Source: a bacterium
Lineage (GTDB): Bacteria > Methylomirabilota > Methylomirabilia > CAVQYV01
Assembly: GCA_043800755.1 (NCBI GenBank)
Contig: JAZDMQ010000157.1
Span: 1 to 12,612, forward strand
Direction of reading: 5' to 3'
DNA length: 12,612 nt
How positions within the stretch are numbered: the first letter of the stretch is position 1; the number at the start of each line of letters is the position of its first letter. The position numbers were made by a program, and so were the translations under genes. The notes beneath the pieces were generated by a model. It saw only the letters and a list, made by a program, of their open reading frames with translations, did no database searches and was not told where the DNA came from. Shown one piece after another: positions 5,822 through 12,612 of the stretch.

Positions 5822-6760
5822 CTACAGGCAGCGATCCCACCAGAGGAGGAGGCCGCTCAAAAGCAGTGAGGTGAAGACCCAGAGATAATCCCTGACCCTC
5901 ACCTGAAAGGTCTCCAGGACCCTGGCCTCTCCATCGAATCCCCGAGAGCGCATGGCCCCGTGCACCTGCTGGCTGAGCTGAAAGGACTTGGCGAACAGGC
6001 TCCCCATGCGGGAGGCGATCCATCCCTGTTCCGCCTTGATCCGGGAAAAGGCCAGGGTGCGGCTCTTCTTGGCCCAATACATCTCCTGCACCAGCTTGAC
6101 CAGGAGCAGGATGTAGCGATAGGTCATCCCCAAGGTGAGGACGAAGACCTGCGGGACCCTCACCACGCGAAGGGCCTTGAGCAAGGAGGCCCAGCGGGTG
6201 CTCAGGGTGACCAACACCACCAAAGAGACCGAGGCTGCCACTCGGGACACGAAGACCAGGGCCCCCAGAGCCCCCTCGCGGCTGATGCCCACCACCGCCG
6301 GAATGTGGTAGGGCCCCCAGGAATAGGCGCGGGGCAGGTGGAGGAGGGGAATCCAGGCTTCTCCCGGGGTGATCACATTGAAGAGGGCCGGCAGGGCCAT
6401 GACCCCGGCAAAGAGGGGGATGAAGAGCCAGACCCGCTTGATGAAGAAGGGCAAGCCGATGTGGGAGAGATTGGCCAGGAGCAGGGTGAAGAGGTAGATC
6501 CCCACCAGGACCGGGATGGAATGGACCAGGCTGGTCACGATCAGGAACAGGAGCAGGGTGGCAAACTTGACCCGGGGATCCAAGCCCTGCAAGAGCCCGG
6601 GCGCAGAGGCATAGGTCTCGGAAAAGACCGATTCTTGCAGCATGGAGGCAATGCCCCACAGGGTCTTCTCCAGGAACGACCTATGCCTCTTGCCCTTGCC
6701 CGTGAGGAGAGGCAGAACAAGCTGAGGCTGATCCTTAACAATCATCCACTTGGGGGTCAC
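5822..6760 (-). CDS. cbiQ: ECF transporter T component (CbiQ/NikQ)
   Basis: Motifs LQGLDPRVK, several TM helices, ALR..RVP, MTYRYI, AKKSR and AMRSRGFDG. Confidence 0.93.
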   Translation of the reverse strand: MTPKWMIVKDQPQLVLPLLTGKGKRHRSFLEKTLWGIASMLQESVFSETYASAPGLLQGLDPRVKFATLLLFLIVTSLVHSIPVLVGIYLFTLLLANLSHIGLPFFIKRVWLFIPLFAGVMALPALFNVITPGEAWIPLLHLPRAYSWGPYHIPAVVGISREGALGALVFVSRVAASVSLVVLVTLSTRWASLLKALRVVRVPQVFVLTLGMTYRYILLLVKLVQEMYWAKKSRTLAFSRIKAEQGWIASRMGSLFAKSFQLSQQVHGAMRSRGFDGEARVLETFQVRVRDYLWVFTSLLLSGLLLWWDRCL

Positions 6761-6832
6761 AGCACCGCTTCTCCCTTGGAGCGGGAATTTATCCTATTCT
6801 CCCCATAAGACTTTGGATGCACGATCTGTCAT

Positions 6833-7828
6833 TTAGAAGAAGGCGGAGAGGGAGATGATTCCCCGGAAGGCCTCCAGGCCTTCAGCCCCCTGCTGCTCAT
6901 CCTTCCGATTCAGATCATTCCAGATGGGAAACTTCAACAAAAACCCCAGGCTCATGGGCGGGAAGTTGAACCTCAGCCCGGGAGAGAGATAGAGGATCGT
7001 CCCCCCGGAATTGGGCACCTTCCCCCCAGCCGGCTCATCCACATCTTTGGCCACATTCAAGAGGTTGACCTCCAGAATCCCCTCCAGGGCCGAGACCCCG
7101 GGCTTGACATAGAGGTCATAGACCCCTGCCAGGTCCGCCCGGAATTCATTTCCGAACTTGAAATCGTCCTTCTTGGTGAAGATATCATACATGGCATCCG
7201 CCACGATGGTGAACCCGTGAGTTACCTGTTTGGTGGCGGAGGCCCCGAAGCTCACGGTAGGGCTCCGGAAACCGGGCTGCATCCCCCGCTCGAACTCCTC
7301 CCCATATTGGTCGTGATTGTGGCTCTCTCCAGTGGGAGCGGAGGCGCCCAGAAAGAAGGCGAAATAGGTCTTGGGAGAGGACTCCAGGGAGATCGCGGTA
7401 TCCTCTGAGGTGTTGAGTCCCAGGCCCTGATTCGGGTCATAATGAAACCCGAGGTTGAACAGGAACTTCAGGTCTCCTCCCCCAGAGGAGGTGCCCAGTC
7501 GATCCTGAGTCTTCACCGTATAGGGGATGAAGAGATTGCCAGTCAGGTAAGGCTTGATGCCGTAACCCAGGCCGAGGGTGTAAAAGGTGAAAGCATCCTT
7601 ATTCTCCGGCTCGGCCCAGTGATACTTCTTGAATTCCGCCTGCTCCACTCTCGTCACCAGGGAGACCCCTCCTTCGGGAAGGGTCAATGAGGAGTTCGTC
7701 TCCACCGGGCTCCCCGGCCCATATCCCAGGCTCACTCCGCCATGATGGGCCAAGACTTCGGCGGGCAAGATCGCCACGAAGGCCGCCATGATGACAGCCA
7801 GGGTAAGGCTCGCGATCATCTTTTTCAT
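6833..7828 (-). CDS. Predicted outer-membrane beta-barrel 'transporter' family protein
   Basis: Start MKKMIASL at 7828. Signal peptide ends VLA|HHGG. Amphipathic beta-strands, GD..., PTG and SPGLRF motifs, and a C-terminal beta-signal ending in F (GIISLSAFF). Confidence 0.75.
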   Translation of the reverse strand: MKKMIASLTLAVIMAAFVAILPAEVLAHHGGVSLGYGPGSPVETNSSLTLPEGGVSLVTRVEQAEFKKYHWAEPENKDAFTFYTLGLGYGIKPYLTGNLFIPYTVKTQDRLGTSSGGGDLKFLFNLGFHYDPNQGLGLNTSEDTAISLESSPKTYFAFFLGASAPTGESHNHDQYGEEFERGMQPGFRSPTVSFGASATKQVTHGFTIVADAMYDIFTKKDDFKFGNEFRADLAGVYDLYVKPGVSALEGILEVNLLNVAKDVDEPAGGKVPNSGGTILYLSPGLRFNFPPMSLGFLLKFPIWNDLNRKDEQQGAEGLEAFRGIISLSAFF

Positions 7829-7956
7829 TGACTCACTCCGATACATTGAGGTTCGTGCCAGATAGACTGCCTCGATTAAGGAATCCGCGGGACGACAATT
7901 CGTTTCGCTGGCTCGCTCAATCCTCCTTTCTTTCTCAATTTGTAGGCTCCGCGTGT

Positions 7957-8418
7957 TCAACTCGCCTTCTTTCCCCTCCAGTTCCTCCAGAGGGTAATGA
8001 TCCCGAACAGGCCAAAGATGAGGCTGACCCCGACGAAGAGCTTGAGATGGGTCGCCACCAGAGGTTTCTTGAACCCCTTGAGCATCAGCCCCTCCCCCAC
8101 CTCTACCGAGACATCGGTGCCGTGAAAGCCGTGCTCGGACTCCCCCCACACCTTGACCTTCCAGGTCCCCTTCCGGTCGGGTAGAAAGCTGACACAGCCG
8201 TTCTTGTCAGTCCTCCCCTTCTGGTGGGGGATCTCGTCGCCCGGGCCATAAACCTCGTATTCACAATAGGAGGCGGGGTCATCCTGGGCATAAAAGACCC
8301 GCACCGTCAGCCCCTTATTCTCTACCTGATAATTGACCGTGTGCGCCTCGGCCCAGCCGGGGACGAACAGGGCCAGGACGACGGCAATCAAGAGCAGGTA
8401 CGGCATCATCCTTTTCAT
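7957..8418 (-). CDS. NikL/CbiL-like accessory membrane protein of the ECF nickel/cobalt transporter
   Basis: Signal peptide AEA|HTV, a G.TD.NG..SF.P...G.W.V....HG beta-domain and one C-terminal TM helix. Operon position fits. Confidence 0.7.
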   Translation of the reverse strand: MKRMMPYLLLIAVVLALFVPGWAEAHTVNYQVENKGLTVRVFYAQDDPASYCEYEVYGPGDEIPHQKGRTDKNGCVSFLPDRKGTWKVKVWGESEHGFHGTDVSVEVGEGLMLKGFKKPLVATHLKLFVGVSLIFGLFGIITLWRNWRGKKAS

Positions 8419-9138
8419 CTATTTTCCCTCCCCTTTGCCCCCGAAGGTCAGGGTGGAGATCAGCTTCAGGGTATCGGCGTCCGGGTTTCCCTTCAGGGGC
8501 ATCCGGTGCCGAGCGGTGATCACCTTCAATCCCTCCCCTGAGAGCGGGACTTCAGCGATTCCCTTTCCGTCCGTCTTCGCCGTCCTGGTGTGCTCGATCG
8601 ACTCCACCTCCACCTCCGGCAGGGGCTCCCCATCCAGCAGGACCCTCACCGGTAGCCTCTGGCCCCCCTTCAACTCGAAGGGGTTGGCGAGGGGGATGAT
8701 CTCCAACTTGAGGCCCAGGGGGTTGCCTGCAGCCTCGCTCCAGGAGAGAATCGCCTTCGAATAATTGAGGGATTGGTAGGATTCGATCACCCGCTTCATC
8801 CCTCTTTTGGAGCCCTTCTTCAGTCCCATGATCGTCTTCACCCAGAACCCATCGTCCACCGTCATGGTGAGTGCAGAGACGGTCCCCTCAGGAACCAGCG
8901 TCACGGCCTCCTTCTTCTTCTCTACCCGGATCTGCACCTGACCCCCCTTGGGATCAAAGCCCCGGATCTCCTTGATGGTGGAAGGGTCATAGGGGAGCCT
9001 CTGGGCACCATGGCCGTAAATGACCTTGAGCGTCCCCCCTGCCTTTTCTACCCAGAAGTCGTGGGCGAAGCAGGGAACGGAAAGAAGCAAGAGAAAAGGT
9101 AATGCCAAGATGAAAAGCCACCGGTGCCTATTGGACAT
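8419..9138 (-). CDS. DUF4198-family periplasmic protein (NikK-like)
   Basis: Start MSNRHRW at 9138 with SD AGGAGG. Signal peptide CFA|HDFWV, then YGHG, GLKLEIIPLANP, LPVRVLLDGEPL, KTDGKG and STLTF. Confidence 0.85.
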   Translation of the reverse strand: MSNRHRWLFILALPFLLLLSVPCFAHDFWVEKAGGTLKVIYGHGAQRLPYDPSTIKEIRGFDPKGGQVQIRVEKKKEAVTLVPEGTVSALTMTVDDGFWVKTIMGLKKGSKRGMKRVIESYQSLNYSKAILSWSEAAGNPLGLKLEIIPLANPFELKGGQRLPVRVLLDGEPLPEVEVESIEHTRTAKTDGKGIAEVPLSGEGLKVITARHRMPLKGNPDADTLKLISTLTFGGKGEGK

Positions 9139-9865
9139 GACTTCCCTCCTGATGTGTGATGGTTGCCCCTTTTTGCCCTCCACTGTGGTCCAGACCCCTC
9201 TTCATCAAATCGGGGTGGGCCCGCTGAAAGTAGATCATGGCCAAAACGGTGACCACGACCTCGATAAAGCTGAAGATCGCCAGATGCTGAATCATGATTC
9301 CAGGGATGGTGATTTGCAGAGGAAATGGGCTGTACAGGGGGCGTCCGTCCGCCCCCACATGCAGAAGGGGCTGCAGGCCCACCTCGACCGCAGTCAACAA
9401 GGCCCCCAGGTTGACTGCAAGGTAGGAGGAGAAGCCCGCTGCGATCAGCCTCCGCTTGGAGGCCTCTTGCGAATTCCAGGACAGCATCCGGTAGAAGTAG
9501 TATCCCACCAGGGATCCCACCACGGAGATGTTGAAGCAATTGGCCCCTAAAGACAGGATGCCGCCGTCGCCGAAGAACAGGGCCTGGATGGCCAGGGCGA
9601 TGGAGGAAGTGATAATCGCGGCCCAGGGCCCCAGCACCATGGCCACCAGGGGCACCCCGGTGGCATGGCCGGTGGTTCCCCCCGGGATCGGGACATTGAG
9701 CATCATGATGACGAAGTTGAAGGCGGCTCCCAGGGCCAGGAAGGGGACCTGGATCGACTTCAGGCGCTTCTTCACCTGGGCCGAGGCTGCGATCCAGAAA
9801 GGGACGCAGGCGGCGTAAAGGCTGAGGTAGGTCGGTGGTCCGAGATATCCGTCCGGGATGTGCAT
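9128..9865 (-). CDS. cbiM: ECF substrate-binding component NikM/CbiM
   Basis: N-terminal MHIPDGYL metal-binding motif (NikM-type), NVPIPGGTTGH and QALFFGDGG..SLGAN. Confidence 0.95.
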   Translation of the reverse strand: MHIPDGYLGPPTYLSLYAACVPFWIAASAQVKKRLKSIQVPFLALGAAFNFVIMMLNVPIPGGTTGHATGVPLVAMVLGPWAAIITSSIALAIQALFFGDGGILSLGANCFNISVVGSLVGYYFYRMLSWNSQEASKRRLIAAGFSSYLAVNLGALLTAVEVGLQPLLHVGADGRPLYSPFPLQITIPGIMIQHLAIFSFIEVVVTVLAMIYFQRAHPDLMKRGLDHSGGQKGATITHQEGSHVQ

Positions 9866-9940
9866 GTTCCCTCTCCTTCAGAGCCCCAGGGAGAGTCAAG
9901 GGGATCGGGTGTCATGAAGAGGCCTGCCCTGCCTCCTCGC

Positions 9941-10001
9941 AAAAACAAAAAGCCACGAAACCCTCCCAGATCTTCAATCCGGTATGAGCCTTCGTGGCTC
10001 T
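9941..10001 (-). terminator. Leader terminator/attenuator upstream of cbiM
   Basis: Perfect 9-bp inverted repeat AGCCACGAA (9951-9959 and 9991-9999), inner helix CCGGAUU-GAA-GAUCUGG, and 3' tail UUUUUGUUUUU. It lies between the promoter and cbiM. Confidence 0.8.
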
Positions 10002-10059
10002 ATCTCCATTCACCCCAAAATTCGATCAACCCACATCGGCCTTCAGGCCGACGGCCCTA

Positions 10060-10088
10060 TTAGTATTTCAAAAAATCCCCCCTGTCAA
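10060..10088 (-). promoter_or_regulatory. Putative sigma70 promoter of the nickel transport operon
   Basis: TTGACA (10088-10083) with AATACTAAT -10 region 15-18 nt downstream. The -10 match is imperfect. Confidence 0.55.
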
Positions 10089-10099
10089 CCCCTTTTTTC

Positions 10100-10118
10100 G
10101 GTAGTGTCTCAGTTTGAA
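10100..10118 (+). repeat. Left terminal inverted repeat GGTAGTGTCTCAGTTTGAA
   Basis: Exact reverse complement of 11541-11559. The GGT start fits IS1-family ends. Confidence 0.95.
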
Positions 10119-10143
10119 ATAATTGCCCCTTGAAATGCTTGAG

Positions 10144-10314
10144 ATGAGAATGTCAATGCGCCGGTTAACCCGTCTGACCAATGGATTCAGCAAAAAGATT
10201 GAAAATCTTGAATATGCCGTAGCTATTCACTTCATGTACTATAACTTCTGTCGCATTCACCAGACATTGAGAGTCACCCCGGCAATGGCGGCAGGGGTGA
10301 CGGACCATGTGTGG
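10144..10314 (+). pseudogene. IS1-family transposase C-terminal remnant
   Basis: MRMSMRRLTRLTNGFSKKIENLEYAVAIHFMYYNFCRIHQTLRVTPAMAAGVTDHVW matches the C-terminus of IS1-type DDE transposases. Everything upstream, including the catalytic residues, is missing. Confidence 0.85.
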
Positions 10315-10353
10315 GATAAAAGATATGCTTTCATTAATCCTAAAAACATAGTT

Positions 10354-11490
10354 CTATCGAAGCAACTCTGCGCCTTTAGTTGTTAATTTAAGATTACCCC
10401 TTATATCCTCAACTAGTCCATCCCTGATTAATTCATGTACGGCTTCATTAAATAGGTTCTTTTCTGTTGTCGTTAAATGAGGAAAGTAGGTCGAAACAAT
10501 CCACTTATCCGGCAAGGGTTGGCCCGCTTGAGCTTTCATTTGCTTAAATTTTATTAATATACCGTTCTTGATTTTCGCTTTTGGGTCACCGAGAACATCG
10601 GCCATAGTTAGATCAATGAGTTCTTTCGGGAGTTTGATAAACTCGACTACTCCCTGTGCTGGGAAATTGCCTTCAAAATCAGTGCCTACAAGGGCGACTG
10701 GCCCCAATACGTCAAATTGCAGGTTCTTAATATGTTTTTCTTCGGCCACCTTTCCATCAATGGCAAGCGTTGCCGTCTGCTTGGTGATGCTCCAAGTCAT
10801 AATCACGGTATGCACGTCTCCTTTACCCCATATGGGTAAGGGACCTATCAACGACTCCTTTTTGCCCGTAGAAGTTAGAATTTGACATATTACCGACTGT
10901 CTCTCAATAAACAGAGATATTCTGTTCTTTTCTTGGTCCCCCACCAAATCAAGAAGATAGAATCTTTCAAGGGGGGCTTGTTCTTTTACAATTTTAAAAA
11001 GAGTAACTAAACTACCTTTTAGCGTGTCAATAGGTAAGAAATTGGTATTTTTCTCTACCAACATGCGGTATTTCTGTTCTGACTTCCTCTCGATATCAGG
11101 ATCATCGTAGGCCCGTCCCTCTTTTCTGGCCAACGTTGATGAAATCATATTTATAACTATAACTTTAACTATAACTTTTTGATTGCTGTCATTAATGGCC
11201 TTCTTCGGAAGCTCTTGCCGTTTGCTTATCCATTTCATTGAAATAAACCACAACGAACCAATAAGCCCAAAGAGAATAAAAGCAAAAACAAGCAATTGCA
11301 AAATGTTACCTTGCTGCTCAAACGCTATCCACCAACCAATACGGGCTAAAAGCATTATGGCGGCAAACGTAAAGGATACGCGAGCGATTGTGAAATCTGG
11401 AGGATTCATGCTCAATACCCCCAGTCCAATCGCAATAAATACGGGAACAACCGCTCCCACAGTAACCCAGCTTGCCAAAATAGAACACAT
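10354..11490 (-). CDS. Hypothetical membrane protein: 3 N-terminal TM helices, LamG/concanavalin-like beta domain, C-terminal winged-helix-like domain
   Basis: 378-aa ORF in AT-rich DNA. Hydrophobic N-terminus; NRISLFI...W.KG..H.V..TW......L.IDG (LamG-like); AVHELIRDGLVE.....KLTTKG (wHTH-like). Domain calls are by eye. Confidence 0.75.
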   Translation of the reverse strand: MCSILASWVTVGAVVPVFIAIGLGVLSMNPPDFTIARVSFTFAAIMLLARIGWWIAFEQQGNILQLLVFAFILFGLIGSLWFISMKWISKRQELPKKAINDSNQKVIVKVIVINMISSTLARKEGRAYDDPDIERKSEQKYRMLVEKNTNFLPIDTLKGSLVTLFKIVKEQAPLERFYLLDLVGDQEKNRISLFIERQSVICQILTSTGKKESLIGPLPIWGKGDVHTVIMTWSITKQTATLAIDGKVAEEKHIKNLQFDVLGPVALVGTDFEGNFPAQGVVEFIKLPKELIDLTMADVLGDPKAKIKNGILIKFKQMKAQAGQPLPDKWIVSTYFPHLTTTEKNLFNEAVHELIRDGLVEDIRGNLKLTTKGAELLR

Positions 11491-11496
11491 GTTATA

Positions 11497-11525
11497 ATCT
11501 TACTAAAGGGAGCCGTTTTGTTCAA
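11497..11525 (-). promoter_or_regulatory. Putative promoter of the passenger gene
   Basis: TTGAAC (11525-11520), 17 nt, TAAGAT (11502-11497), ending 6 nt before ATG 11490. Confidence 0.45.
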
Positions 11526-11540
11526 CGTAAATATTTTTTG

Positions 11541-11559
11541 TTCAAACTGAGACACTACC
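11541..11559 (-). repeat. Right terminal inverted repeat
   Basis: TTCAAACTGAGACACTACC, the exact inverse of 10100-10118. Confidence 0.95.
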
Positions 11560-11616
11560 CTTTTCAGCCTTTTCATTTTTCATTTAGGCGTCGGTCCCAG
11601 GGAAGTGGATCAAAGG

Positions 11617-11645
11617 TTGACTTCCATTATAAGGTCAGGTATAAA
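11617..11645 (+). promoter_or_regulatory. Putative sigma70 promoter for the response regulator
   Basis: TTGACT (11617-11622), 17 nt, TATAAA (11640-11645). Confidence 0.5.
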
Positions 11646-11746
11646 TTGAGGCGCAAAAAACAGGCGGCGAGGAATGTGCCCGCACTGGAGGCCTTGGCCA
11701 AGGAAAAGAAGTTGCACAGATAAGCCAAAGTTAGGATGCCTGAACG

Positions 11747-12612
11747 ATGAAAAGGGAAGCCGAAAAAACGATAAAGGCAAGGGTTCTGGTGGTAGATGAC
11801 GACAGGCTCATCCTCCGCATGCTGCAGACATTCCTGGACCAGAAGGGGTTCGAATCGGTCCTGGCCGCCGATGGCGAGGAGGCGGAGAAGTTCTTTGCGG
11901 CTGAGGAATTCGATGTGGTCCTGGCCGATGTGCTGATGCCCAAGATGGACGGCATCCAACTCCTGGAGCGGATCCACGAGAAGGACCCTGAGATCCCAGT
12001 CATCATGATCACTGCCTCGGGCCAGATCAACACCGCCTATGAAGCCATGAAAAAAGGGGCCTACGACTACATCCCCAAACCCTTCAACAACGAGGACCTC
12101 TATCAGAGACTCCTGCGGGCGATTGAAAAATTCGCCCTGGTCAAGAGAAATCGGCAGCTATCAGAGGCGGTGGAAAAGAAATTTCACTTTGATAATATCA
12201 TTGGTGTATCGGGACAAATGGAGGAGGTGTTTCGCCTCATCCGCAATGTGGCAGTCTCCAACGCCAGCATCCTCATCCAGGGGGAGAGCGGCACCGGGAA
12301 GGAGCTGGTGGCCGGGGCGATCCACAACCACAGCCGTCGCAAAGAGCACCCGTTTATTGCCGTTAATTGTGCGGCGATCCCCAAGGAGCTAATGGAGAGC
12401 GAGCTCTTCGGCCATGTGAAAGGCTCCTTCACCGGGGCCATTACCGACAAAAAGGGGAGGTTCGAGCTGGCCGACGGGGGGACCATCTTCCTCGACGAGA
12501 TCGGGGATCTGGACATCTCCCTCCAGGCCAAGATCCTGCGGGCCTTGCAGGAGAGGGAATTCGAACGAGTGGGGGGGACGCAGCCGATCAAGGTCGACAT
12601 CCGTCTCATCGC
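11747..12612 (+). CDS. NtrC-family sigma54-dependent response regulator (REC + AAA+), runs off window end
   Basis: Not in the ORF track. [19 protein letters not shown]...[11 protein letters not shown]...YIPKPF is the receiver domain. [35 protein letters not shown] and FERVGG mark the bEBP AAA+ domain. Confidence 0.95.
   Translation, partial: MKREAEKTIKARVLVVDDDRLILRMLQTFLDQKGFESVLAADGEEAEKFFAAEEFDVVLADVLMPKMDGIQLLERIHEKDPEIPVIMITASGQINTAYEAMKKGAYDYIPKPFNNEDLYQRLLRAIEKFALVKRNRQLSEAVEKKFHFDNIIGVSGQMEEVFRLIRNVAVSNASILIQGESGTGKELVAGAIHNHSRRKEHPFIAVNCAAIPKELMESELFGHVKGSFTGAITDKKGRFELADGGTIFLDEIGDLDISLQAKILRALQEREFERVGGTQPIKVDIRLI

Larger units (their letters stand above)
10100..11559. mobile_element. 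Non-autonomous IS1-family-derived element with passenger gene (1460 bp)
   Basis: Perfect 19-bp terminal inverted repeats, an abrupt switch to AT-rich composition between them, and a transposase C-terminal stub inside. Confidence 0.85.

Noticed and set aside
5787..6659. 573-aa ATPase with a long N-terminal extension
   Set aside because: The extension is a Pro/Gly-rich off-frame overlap with cbiQ. The ABC domain starts at Met 5786, which has its own SD.
7845..7861. TGGCACG as a sigma54 -24 box upstream of the barrel gene
   Set aside because: The -12 position reads TCAA rather than TTGC; the essential GC is missing.
9982..10009. GTATGA as a NikR operator half-site
   Set aside because: There is no TCATAC-like partner at the expected 15-16 nt spacing, and the sequence is explained by the RNA hairpins.
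10092..11567. Exact target-site duplication around the element
   Set aside because: CTTTTTTC and CTTTTCAG match only partly and lie in low-complexity T-runs, so a duplication cannot be claimed.
12418..12441. GSFTGA instead of GAFTGA in the enhancer-binding protein
   Set aside because: This is a common functional variant of the sigma54-contact loop.
1..12612. CRISPR array or rRNA
   Set aside because: No regularly spaced repeats or rRNA-like sequence seen.

Overview
GC-rich bacterial chromosomal window, probably from a diderm anaerobe, centred on cobalt/nickel and sulfur functions. From left to right: (i) a minus-strand cobalamin operon start (cobU/cobP, then a cbiX-like gene running off the edge) behind a cobalamin riboswitch, whose expression platform contains a 17-codon uORF running through a terminator; (ii) a divergent plus-strand cluster of SDR oxidoreductase, YegS/DAGK-family lipid kinase, YvoF-like hexapeptide-repeat acetyltransferase and cupin, preceded by a frameshifted relic of the acetyltransferase N-terminus; (iii) a DsrE-family gene followed by a 96-nt tRNA with a tRNA-Sec-like body but Cys identity (GCA anticodon, U73; selC*-like); (iv) a six-gene NikM/K/L-OMP-Q-O ECF nickel/cobalt uptake operon with an attenuator-like leader RNA; (v) a 1460-bp AT-rich element bounded by perfect 19-bp inverted repeats, carrying an IS1-family transposase stub and a TM-LamG-wHTH passenger gene; (vi) the start of an NtrC-family sigma54 response regulator. 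All calls come from manual reading and motif recognition; no database searches were run.
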